Shown one piece after another: positions 27,397-34,750 of a stretch of DNA of 38,307 bases (the first letter of the stretch is position 1; each line of letters starts with the position of its first letter). Source of the DNA: Armatimonadota bacterium (GTDB lineage Bacteria > Armatimonadota > UBA5829 > DTLH01). The stretch is from positions 1-38,307 of the forward strand of contig JBBRAE010000027.1 of NCBI GenBank assembly GCA_038207085.1. Reading direction: 5' to 3'. A program made the position numbers and the translations under genes. Under the pieces are notes generated by a model, which saw nothing but the letters and a program-made list of their open reading frames with translations, ran no database searches and was not told the origin of the DNA.

Positions 27397-27414
27397 AATA
27401 CCCCAGGGGGTATT
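27397..27414. promoter_or_regulatory. CsoR/CstR-type operator
   Basis: Perfect inverted repeat AATACCCC-AG-GGGGTATT immediately upstream of the repressor RBS. The ATAC-C/G tract-GTAT layout is typical of this family. Confidence 0.85.
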
Positions 27415-27499
27415 TATCCAACACCTTGTTTATTCCACCAGGCAGACGAGTCTAATCCTCGATTTTTCGTCCAGCCTGCTTGTCGTGTTTTGTGGAATC

Positions 27500-27508
27500 T
27501 GCTATAAT
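27500..27508 (+). promoter_or_regulatory. extended -10 promoter of tRNA-Glu
   Basis: TGCTATAAT, 16 nt upstream of the tRNA 5' end. Confidence 0.6.
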
Positions 27509-27524
27509 ATCCCAGTCGCGATAT

Positions 27525-27599
27525 GGCGCCATGGTCTATCGGTTAGGACACGTCTCTTTCAAGGACGTAGGACGGGTTCGACTCCCGTTGGCGCTACCA
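27525..27599 (+). tRNA. tRNA-Glu (anticodon TTC)
   Basis: Acceptor GGCGCCA/TGGCGCT, D arm GGTC..GGAC region, anticodon arm CGTCT-CTTTCAA-GGACG, T arm ACGGG-TTCGACT-CCCGT, encoded CCA. 75 nt. Confidence 0.96.
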
Positions 27600-27707
27600 G
27601 AGACAGGGCGGGGAACTGGACTTGACTTCCGTTTGGATGTGTCGGTTTGGTTTCCCTTACCCCAATGCCTCATGAAGAGCTTTTTGGGCATCAGCCTGAA
27701 ATAGTTG

Positions 27708-27735
27708 TTGACTGCTTGATGAAGTGAGGTATAAT
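27708..27735 (+). promoter_or_regulatory. strong sigma70-type promoter pointing into the DUF3800-like gene 3' end
   Basis: TTGACT (27708-27713), 16-nt spacer, TATAAT (27730-27735). Predicted +1 about 27742. Confidence 0.7.
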
Positions 27736-27741
27736 AAACTT

Positions 27742-27815
27742 GCTGAGGACAAAAATCGGCTCCATGCCGTGTGGTTCTGATTTATTCAGAAGACCCCATA
27801 TCCTCGGCGTTTCTT
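27742..27815 (+). ncRNA. candidate DUF3800-associated structured RNA (three-way junction)
   Basis: Closing stem GCTGAGGA/TCCTCGGC. Inner hairpins CGGC-TCCAT-GCCG and TTCTGA-TTTAT-TCAGAA. Followed by GTTTCTT. Begins at the predicted +1. Confidence 0.6.
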
Positions 27816-28627
27816 GAATAACTGGCCGCGTTGAGCGGCCTTTTCTGTGTGTAATGCACTCCTCCGTCGCCATCGCGCTGGTCGTCAAGGTCTCTCACAC
27901 ACTCCACCTTCGGCCACAGCATTGATATAAACCGGTCTTCGCCGCGTTCATAGAACATCTGCAGCGCCCAAAGAAAATAGTCTGCCGCCTGCAGCCCACT
28001 GTTTACCATCGAACTTGCCGCGCTGACAACAACCGGAGGCGGACACGCGCTTATGCCGTGAGTCGTGCAGTATTTTGTTCGAGCGTTTTCGAGAGCTGTC
28101 TTTAGAGCGGCACTGCGGTCCGACGCACCTCGTTTTGCAAACACTACGTTGTATGATTCCCCCGTGTGGAGCTTATCGAATAGGAGTGAACGCGCCAGGC
28201 CATCATACAAATGGTTTTCACTGTATCTGTAGTCGGGATTGATCTTCTGCCAGTTATTGACGACCTCAATTGCGGAAGGCTTGTTTCTTACCACCGCGTG
28301 GAATCTCACATCCTGTTGAAGCAAGACACGAAATACTTCTCAGCGCACCTCTGGCAGGTCATCTTTGGCATGGAAGAAAACGGCGGTCTTTCCTTCACTA
28401 ATCTGCATGGAAGGGACATTGTTGAAGTAGGGATCTCGAAGCAGTTCGCCGCGTAAATGATCAAGAGCCTGATCCAACGCTGATCGGTTGCCTATGTGAG
28501 CCAGGCCAATTATGAAGTATTGAAAGCAACCCTCTGTGCCGATGATGACCCGGCCTCTTCGTCCCCATAGGGTGCTGTCTCCCGCTTCATCCAGACAATA
28601 TGTGATCTGCTGATTGGTTATTGGCGT
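27782..28627 (-). pseudogene. DUF3800-like (RNase H-like fold) gene with in-frame TGA and ACG in start position
   Basis: Manual translation upstream of the listed ORF stays in frame: ...YCLDEAGDSTLWGRRGRVIIGTEGCFQYFIIG...DPYFNNVPSMQ...FFHAKDDLPEVR*EVFRVLLQQDVRF...LQAADYFLWALQ. Carries the DE(A/S)G, FHA and QxADY hallmarks. TGA at 28342-28340. GGAG RBS then ACG at 28627-28625. Confidence 0.8.
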
Positions 28628-28695
28628 TTATGCTCCGGTTTTGCGACCCTTGGCCACGGTTAGTGAGATTTGTATCTCAGTGCATGGACTTTACA

Positions 28696-28725
28696 ATATT
28701 ACGGACGTCCCATCTATTATGTCAA
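28696..28725 (-). promoter_or_regulatory. sigma70-type promoter of the DUF3800-like gene
   Basis: On the minus strand: TTGACA (28725-28720), 18-nt spacer, TAATAT (28701-28696). Confidence 0.6.
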
Positions 28726-28840
28726 CCCGCTCGTCGTTTTCTATTCATATCTGTGGTCGTCCGGTTTTGGGAGGGTTCGCGTTGGGTACAACGCATCGGG
28801 CTAGAATGTAGAAACAATTAATGCCCCGGAGGTGACCCCA

Positions 28841-29014
28841 ATGCCTATGGACCCCGTTTGCGGGATGCGAGTGGATGAACAGGACGCCATCACGACGACC
28901 TACCACGGGCAGACATTTTACTTTGATTCCGAAGATTGCAGAGAGGAATTCCTAGAGGCTCCTGAAGACTACGTATTGGATGAAGTCGGAATCGTATCCG
29001 AGGATGAGTTCTGA
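28841..29014 (+). CDS. stand-alone YHS-domain miniprotein
   Basis: DPVCGMRVD...YHGQTFYFDSEDCREEFLEAPEDY. GGAGGTG RBS. Confidence 0.88.
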   Translation: MPMDPVCGMRVDEQDAITTTYHGQTFYFDSEDCREEFLEAPEDYVLDEVGIVSEDEF

Positions 29015-29018
29015 AGCT

Positions 29019-29042
29019 GGGGCGGGCCCTCGGGCCCGCCCC
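29019..29042. terminator. strong GC hairpin between convergent genes
   Basis: Perfect inverted repeat GGGGCGGGCCC-TC-GGGCCCGCCCC. Confidence 0.7.
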
Positions 29043-29050
29043 GATAACTT

Positions 29051-29836
29051 TTAATCCATTTGCTGTCCGCCGGTGACGTTGATCGCCTGACCGGTCATGT
29101 AGATTGATTCGTCGCTTGCAAGGAACGTGACCACGTTTGCGACATCGTCGTAGCTGCATCCTCGCCCCAGCGGAACCTGGTCGAGGTACTTCTGGCGCAC
29201 CTGCTCGATGGTCATATTGAACCGCTTGGCGTACTGCTCATACAGACTGTCGACCCAGAGTGGGGAGTCCAGCAGGTTGCCGGGGCAGACGGAATTCACG
29301 CGGATCTGATAGGGCGCAAGCTCCATCGCGAGGCTCTGGGTGAGCCCGATGCCGCCGAATTTGCTCGCGGCGTAGGCGGAGTTCCTGAAGCTGCCCTTTT
29401 TGCCCGATTTCGAGTTGATCTGCACGATCGCGCCGCTCTTCTGCTCAGCCATGATCTTCGCCGCCTCTTTGGCGCAGATGAAGTAGCCGACGAGGTTGAC
29501 GTCGATCACCTTCTGCCACTTTGCGACCTCGAACTCGGTCACTTCGCCCGCGATCAGAATGCCAGCGTTTGCGACCATCACGTCGAGCCTGCCGAAGCTG
29601 CTCTTTATCTCACCAAAACAGGCTGTGACGCTCTCTTCGCTTGTGACATCCATCGCAAGCCCGAGGGTTTTGACCCCATACTCTTCGGCGATTTTTGCTG
29701 CCACAGCTTTTGCACCGTCGGCATTGATATCGGCCGTTATGACGTGCGCGCCTTCGCGCGCCATTCTCTCTGCAAGTGCCAGTCCGAGCCCCTGAGCGCT
29801 GCCTGTAACCAGCGCGACCCTGTCCTTAAGACGCAT
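29051..29836 (-). CDS. srlD: sorbitol-6-phosphate 2-dehydrogenase-like SDR
   Basis: TGSAQGLG, QINSKSGKKGS, YAASKFGGIGLTQSLA, PGNLLDSP, VPLGRGC, GQAINVTGGQ are characteristic of the SrlD subgroup. Confidence 0.82.
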   Translation of the reverse strand: MRLKDRVALVTGSAQGLGLALAERMAREGAHVITADINADGAKAVAAKIAEEYGVKTLGLAMDVTSEESVTACFGEIKSSFGRLDVMVANAGILIAGEVTEFEVAKWQKVIDVNLVGYFICAKEAAKIMAEQKSGAIVQINSKSGKKGSFRNSAYAASKFGGIGLTQSLAMELAPYQIRVNSVCPGNLLDSPLWVDSLYEQYAKRFNMTIEQVRQKYLDQVPLGRGCSYDDVANVVTFLASDESIYMTGQAINVTGGQQMD

Positions 29837-29951
29837 TTCTTTGCTGTGCCTCCAAGATTGTTTCCCCAGGCAATATCGCCCGAGCCAAAGTACTACTTAG
29901 ACAGTGAACGCTGGTGTCCCTTCATGGGGGGAGACGATAAGGGGAAAAGCG

Positions 29952-30413
29952 CTAATCTCGCTCGGATACGGCTCTTTGTCGTTCTCGCTCGACATCGCGG
30001 TCGGCGAGCGCCTGCCGCTTATCGTAAAGCTTTTTGCCTCGACCGATGCCGACGACCATCTTCGCGAACCCTCTTTGGAAGAATATCCTCAAGGGAACGA
30101 TGGTGAGCCCCTTCTGTTCGGCTTTCACTTTGAGCTGTTCGATCTCATTTTTGTGGAGGAGCAGTTTACGTTTGCGCAGCGGCTCGACAGCCCATCGGTT
30201 GGCGAATTCGTAGGGGGTGACGTTCATCTGATACAGCCACACCTCGCCGTTTTCGACGCGGCAGTAGGCGTCCTGCATGTTGACCTTGCCGGTGCGGATC
30301 GATTTAACCTCGGTCCCCACAAGCTCGATACCTGCCTCGAACTCGTCTTCGATCGTATATTCATGCCAAGCCTTGCGGTTGACTATTGTTGGGCTGTTCG
30401 TCTTCTTTTCCAT
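29952..30413 (-). CDS. smpB: SsrA-binding protein
   Basis: NRKAWHEY, EAGIELVGTEVKSIR, RKLLLHK, GKKLYDKR. Confidence 0.98.
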   Translation of the reverse strand: MEKKTNSPTIVNRKAWHEYTIEDEFEAGIELVGTEVKSIRTGKVNMQDAYCRVENGEVWLYQMNVTPYEFANRWAVEPLRKRKLLLHKNEIEQLKVKAEQKGLTIVPLRIFFQRGFAKMVVGIGRGKKLYDKRQALADRDVERERQRAVSERD

Positions 30414-30483
30414 AGCGGGATATTATATCAGTTTTTGACGACTTAGGGTAGTGGCTGTGATATCCCTCTGGCGCACGCTAGCC

Positions 30484-31623
30484 CTACAGGGGGTTCACTG
30501 GCCGCCCGTTCACTCGTTTCTCGAAGTGGCAGTGCGGGCCCGTGCTCCAACCGGTGCTGCCGGCACTGGCAATCACCTGACCACGCCTGACCTGCTGACC
30601 GGCTCGGACTATCAGGCGCGAGTTGTGGCCGTAAAGTGTCTGGACGCCGCCACCGTGATCGATGACCACCGCGTTGCCGTAAGCGCCCATCCATCCCGAA
30701 AGAATCACCTCGCCGTTAGCCGCCGCGTGGATCGCTGTTCCGGTCGGGCAGGCGATGTCGAGTCCGGTGTGGAGCGAACGCACACCCGTGACGGGATGAA
30801 TCCGGTACCCGAAGCGCGACGTAAACCGACCGTTTGCGGGAAGACTGAGTCCGCCCGCGAACCTCTGATGGAAGCGCTTGATACCGCGCGGGGTCGACTG
30901 GTAGCGGCGGATAGTGTCTTCGATCTCCTGGGACTTTGCCATCAGGCCGGCAAGCGCGTGCTCGTACAGCGCCCGGTCGTGTTCGATATCGCGCAGTTCG
31001 CCTTCGCGCTGATCGGCGAGATCGGCGACCGAGTCTCTTTCCTGGATAAGTGACGCCTGAAGCACCGTGATCTGTCTGACTGCAGCCGCCTGGCTCTTCT
31101 TATCCTGCTCGATCTCCAGTCGCTTTCGCTTGATCTCTTTGATCAGGTCGACGTCGCTTGAGACGATCTTCTTGACGTAGTGGCCGCGCGAGAGGAAGGT
31201 GTTCATGTCCTGCGCTCCTAGGAGCACGTCTATGTAGCCGATGTCGTCGCCCTTGTAGATGTCCGCAAGCCTGCCCGAAAGCAGTCGCGCCCTGCGGTCG
31301 AGCTGCCTCTGGTTGCGCACGAGCCTCTCGCTGATGACCTTGAGCTTGCGCTGCGACTGTGCCAGGCGGATCTTGTTATTGGTCAACCTGTCCTGGGTAG
31401 ACATCAGCTTCTGCTCGGTTGCCGCAAGCTCGACTTTCGCCTTGTGAGCCTGCTGCTTCTTCACGCGAATCTGCTTCTGGACGACGTTGATCTGCTTGTT
31501 GACCGTCGAAAGCCTCTGCTTTAGCGCACCCTTGCTCGGCTTTTTTGCCAGAACAGGAGTCGCACATAAGCTTGCGATCACAAACACAGCCGTTATTTTG
31601 AGCCATATCGGTGTTTTAATCAT
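30484..31623 (-). CDS. coiled-coil M23 peptidase / EnvC-like murein hydrolase activator
   Basis: Signal peptide MIKTPIWLKITAVFVIASLCATPVLA, long coiled coil, M23 motifs HTGLDI, YGHNS, STGPHCHFE. Downstream of ftsEX. Real start 31623 rather than 32061. Confidence 0.88.
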   Translation of the reverse strand: MIKTPIWLKITAVFVIASLCATPVLAKKPSKGALKQRLSTVNKQINVVQKQIRVKKQQAHKAKVELAATEQKLMSTQDRLTNNKIRLAQSQRKLKVISERLVRNQRQLDRRARLLSGRLADIYKGDDIGYIDVLLGAQDMNTFLSRGHYVKKIVSSDVDLIKEIKRKRLEIEQDKKSQAAAVRQITVLQASLIQERDSVADLADQREGELRDIEHDRALYEHALAGLMAKSQEIEDTIRRYQSTPRGIKRFHQRFAGGLSLPANGRFTSRFGYRIHPVTGVRSLHTGLDIACPTGTAIHAAANGEVILSGWMGAYGNAVVIDHGGGVQTLYGHNSRLIVRAGQQVRRGQVIASAGSTGWSTGPHCHFEKRVNGRPVNPL

Positions 31624-31632
31624 AATTGAAAT

Positions 31633-31707
31633 GTAGGGGCGGACCAATGTGTCCGCCCTTCGCGGGCGACGGTAGATTCTTGGGCAGACACACTGGTCTG
31701 CCCCTAC
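31633..31707. repeat. GTAG-type REP doublet (REPIN-like)
   Basis: GTAGGGGCGGACCAATGTGTCCGCCC and inverted GGGCAGACACACTGGTCTGCCCCTAC. Confidence 0.85.
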
Positions 31708-31709
31708 GG

Positions 31710-32594
31710 CTAGACTTTCAGGAATCGTCTGATAGAAATATAGCTGCCGAGCGCGCCGATTGCGGCTCCGGTGCAGGTGAGAGTCGTCATAAACTGGGTC
31801 GGCGAGACCCCGCTTGAGATGTCGCGCAGTATAGGCATCACCTGGCGCTGCAGCACCCCTACGGTGTAGTGCGACGACACGCTGATCAGCCCGTAGGCGA
31901 TAAACGCGCCAGCTGCGCCTATGACGATCCCTTCGATTACGAGCGGGATACGGATAAACCAGTTGGTAGCGCCAACGAGCTGCATAATTCTTATCTCGTG
32001 ACGCCTCGCAAACACCGTCAACCTGATCGCGTTGCTGATGATGAACGTCGTTGTCAGGCACAGGATGATCGACGCGGCGAAGCCGAGTATGCGCACCAGG
32101 TCAGCGATCGTCTTCACGCTGCCGTAAATCTTTTTGTAGTCGTTGACGGCGTCGATTCCCTTGATCTTGCCGATCTTGTCGGCGAGTTCACTTGTCCTTC
32201 GCGAGTCGCGGCTCTCGACATTCAGCGCGTAGGGCAGGGGGTTGTTGGCGATCCCGCCAAGGTCGATGTTGGTGTTAAGCTTGAGCTTTAGCTTGTTCCA
32301 CTCCGCGTCGCGGGACAACAGGTCGACCTTGCTCGTAAGCGGCAGGGACTTGATCTCGTCGCGCACGCGGTTGGCGTCGGCCAAATCAGCACCGACCGGG
32401 AGGTACACCGCGATCTCGAAGCGCTCGAGCTGACGTTCGGCGAACCTGTGGCTGCCGAGGACCATCAGAATAAACGTTCCGAGAATCGCCATTGAAAGCG
32501 CAACCGTAGAGATCGACGCAAGGGCCATAATGCCGTTACGCCAAATCCCTACAAATGCTTCCTGTAATAGATACTCAATATTCCGTAAGTTCAC
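31710..32594 (-). CDS. ftsX: cell division permease FtsX
   Basis: EAFVGIWRNGIMALASI, NPLP, ISNAIRLTVFARRHEIRIMQLVGATNWFIRIPLVIEG. GTG 32594 overlaps the ftsE end. Confidence 0.93.
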   Translation of the reverse strand: MNLRNIEYLLQEAFVGIWRNGIMALASISTVALSMAILGTFILMVLGSHRFAERQLERFEIAVYLPVGADLADANRVRDEIKSLPLTSKVDLLSRDAEWNKLKLKLNTNIDLGGIANNPLPYALNVESRDSRRTSELADKIGKIKGIDAVNDYKKIYGSVKTIADLVRILGFAASIILCLTTTFIISNAIRLTVFARRHEIRIMQLVGATNWFIRIPLVIEGIVIGAAGAFIAYGLISVSSHYTVGVLQRQVMPILRDISSGVSPTQFMTTLTCTGAAIGALGSYISIRRFLKV

Positions 32595-33306
32595 TTTTAC
32601 AAAGGCTTTCCGGCTCGGAGGCTTCGTCGTGGTACGTGCCTCTGTCCTGGTCTCGAATGATCTTGCCACCTTCCACCGCAACGACGCGGCGCATCATGCG
32701 GTCGACGACCTGGTTGTCGTGCGTTGCAACGACTACGGTCGTTCCCCGGGCGGTGTTGATCCTGGATAGAATCTGCATAATCCCCCACGACGTATCTGGG
32801 TCGAGGTTCCCTGTGGGCTCATCGGCGATAAGTATGGGTGGGTTGTTGACAAGTGCGCGGGCGATGGACGCCCTCTGCTGCTCACCGCCTGAGAGTTCCG
32901 TAGGGAACGAGTCGCAGCGGTGCATCATTCCGACGAGTTCGAGCGCCTCACAGATTCGTTTGCGGATCTCTTTTCTTGGAACCGAGGTCACACGCAAGAC
33001 GAATGCGAGGTTCTCCCAAACCGTCTTCTGAGGAAGCAGCTTGAAATCCTGGTAGACGACACCGATCTTTCGCCGCAGATAAGGCACGGCGGATCGAGCG
33101 GTCTTGGTCACATCTTCCTGTCCGACGAACACTCTTCCCTTGGTCGGCAAGAGTTCTCTATAAGTAAGCTTGAGAAGCGAGGACTTTCCGCTGCCGCTTG
33201 CTCCAACGACAAACAGAAAATCTCCTTTTCCAACGCGCAGGTTCACATCCGACAGTGCTTGCACACCGTTCGGGTAGACCAAAGAGACGTCGCAGTATTC
33301 TATCAT
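32575..33306 (-). CDS. ftsE: cell division ATP-binding protein FtsE
   Basis: GASGSGKS, VPYLRRKIGVVYQDFKLL, LSGGEQQRASIARA, ADEPTGNLDP. Confidence 0.95.
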   Translation of the reverse strand: MIEYCDVSLVYPNGVQALSDVNLRVGKGDFLFVVGASGSGKSSLLKLTYRELLPTKGRVFVGQEDVTKTARSAVPYLRRKIGVVYQDFKLLPQKTVWENLAFVLRVTSVPRKEIRKRICEALELVGMMHRCDSFPTELSGGEQQRASIARALVNNPPILIADEPTGNLDPDTSWGIMQILSRINTARGTTVVVATHDNQVVDRMMRRVVAVEGGKIIRDQDRGTYHDEASEPESLCKSELTEY

Positions 33307-33484
33307 TCCAACTCCAAGTCTCCCTTGGGTTCATCGGGCTCTGGCACGCTTTCTTACAGTCACGCCTTGCACAACGATGAGCTTATTTTTGAATCCGCAG
33401 TAGTCGATCAACAAGATTTGAACATCTCTGCGGCCACTTATGGTAATTATACCTGAACAGTCCTTCCGGCGCAACACTGGGGGA

Positions 33485-33623
33485 AGCTATTGAGCTATTA
33501 GCTGTTAGCTGTTAGCCGTTAGCCTGATCGCGCCGGTTCTCCAGAACCCTCAAATATGCGTGCCGCGTCTGGAGACACGGCACGATCTGCTTGCTAATAG
33601 CTAATGGCTAATAGCTAACAGCT
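33485..33623. repeat. MITE-like element: inverted 7-bp tandem arms enclosing a family B REP cassette
   Basis: Left arm (TTAGCTR)n at 33485-33523, cassette GATCGCGCC...GGCACGATC at 33526-33587, right arm (GCTAAYR)n at 33592-33623. Confidence 0.82.
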
Positions 33624-33664
33624 GTTTTATGCTATAATCTGCTCGGCAGAGGTGGCTATTACTG

Positions 33665-34744
33665 ATGAGGATCCTGGATAAATACGCGCTGAAGGAAATG
33701 ATAGTTCCCACGCTTGCGGGAATGCTGGTTGTGTTCGTCCTCATGATGGGGAACACTCTGTTCTATCTAATCAGCAGTCTCATCAAGGTCCGCGCCGGGT
33801 TTTTCGATGCCGCCGAGTATCTTTTGCTCAAGACCCCCTCATTTGCGTGGATGATCCTGCCTGCCGGAGCGCTCTTTGGGTGCGCCCTTGCGGTGACTCG
33901 GCTGTCACGAGACAGCGAAGTCACCATGATGCGTATGGCCGGGATCAGTGTACGAAGGATTCTTCTGCCGATCTTTGCCGTCGGCATTATGCTATCAGGC
34001 GCTCACTACTGGATTCAGGAGATGGTCGCGCCGTGGTCCGAGACCCGCAGCAAGCGCGTGATCGAGCGCATTTTTGCGACCCCGCAGGCTCCTCCCATTC
34101 AGGCGAATGTGTTCTTCAACGCACAGAATTACTGGTTTTACGTGCAGCGAGTCGAGCACAAGGGCCGCGACACGATTCTTCACCAGGTGATGATATACGA
34201 GCTCACACCCGACACCCAATACCCGTCGATCACCACCGCTGAGTCCGCTATCCAGAAGGGAAACGTCTGGATACTGAAGAACGGCGTCTCGCGAAAGACC
34301 GACAAGAACGGGTTCACCGACTACGAAGCCAAGTTCAAAGAGGCAAGGCTCGACTTGCGCCGCACCGGCGTCGCGCTCCCTGAATACCAAAAGACAAGCG
34401 AAGAAATGACCGCCGCCGAGCTCGCCAAACAGATCAAGACGTTCGGCTCAAGCAACAGCGGGGCGCTCGACGAGTGGCGCACGAACTACTACTTCAAGCT
34501 CTCGATGCCGTTTTCGTGTTTTCTCATTATGCTCTGCGTCGCGCCTCTTTGTCTGAAGTTCGGGCGCACCGGCGGGTTTATGGGCGTCCTGATTGGCATT
34601 CTCGTGCTCGGCGTCTACTGGAACGTGATCGTTTTTGGCAAGGCGCTTGGGGTCGCGGGTCATATTCCCCCCGTAGTTGCGGGCTGGTCTGAGGTTGGGG
34701 TGTTCCTGGTCGCTGGCGCAATTTTGATGTGGAAGGCAGAGTAG
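33665..34744 (+). CDS. LptF/LptG-family permease
   Basis: MRILDKYALKEM, LSRDSEVTMMRMAGISVRRI, periplasmic beta-jellyroll region, KLSMPFSC, six TM pattern. Confidence 0.9.
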   Translation: MRILDKYALKEMIVPTLAGMLVVFVLMMGNTLFYLISSLIKVRAGFFDAAEYLLLKTPSFAWMILPAGALFGCALAVTRLSRDSEVTMMRMAGISVRRILLPIFAVGIMLSGAHYWIQEMVAPWSETRSKRVIERIFATPQAPPIQANVFFNAQNYWFYVQRVEHKGRDTILHQVMIYELTPDTQYPSITTAESAIQKGNVWILKNGVSRKTDKNGFTDYEAKFKEARLDLRRTGVALPEYQKTSEEMTAAELAKQIKTFGSSNSGALDEWRTNYYFKLSMPFSCFLIMLCVAPLCLKFGRTGGFMGVLIGILVLGVYWNVIVFGKALGVAGHIPPVVAGWSEVGVFLVAGAILMWKAE

Positions 34745-34750
34745 AGCAGG

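Noticed and set aside
28318..28342. Selenocysteine recoding of the TGA in the DUF3800-like gene
   Set aside because: Only a weak 6-bp hairpin follows the TGA. The context suggests Arg (CGA), and the start codon is also defective.
28771..28790. GGGTTCGCGTTGGGTACA as a degenerate att copy of the tRNA-Glu 3' end bounding the DUF3800 islet
   Set aside because: Similarity requires several gaps and no integrase is present. Too weak to call.
31624..32061. N-terminal extension of the 525-aa M23 ORF (similar extensions for mlaD, purD, pabB, pabC, vapC, ftsX)
   Set aside because: The extensions overlap neighbouring genes or repeats. Signal peptides, RBSs and coupled starts indicate later start codons.
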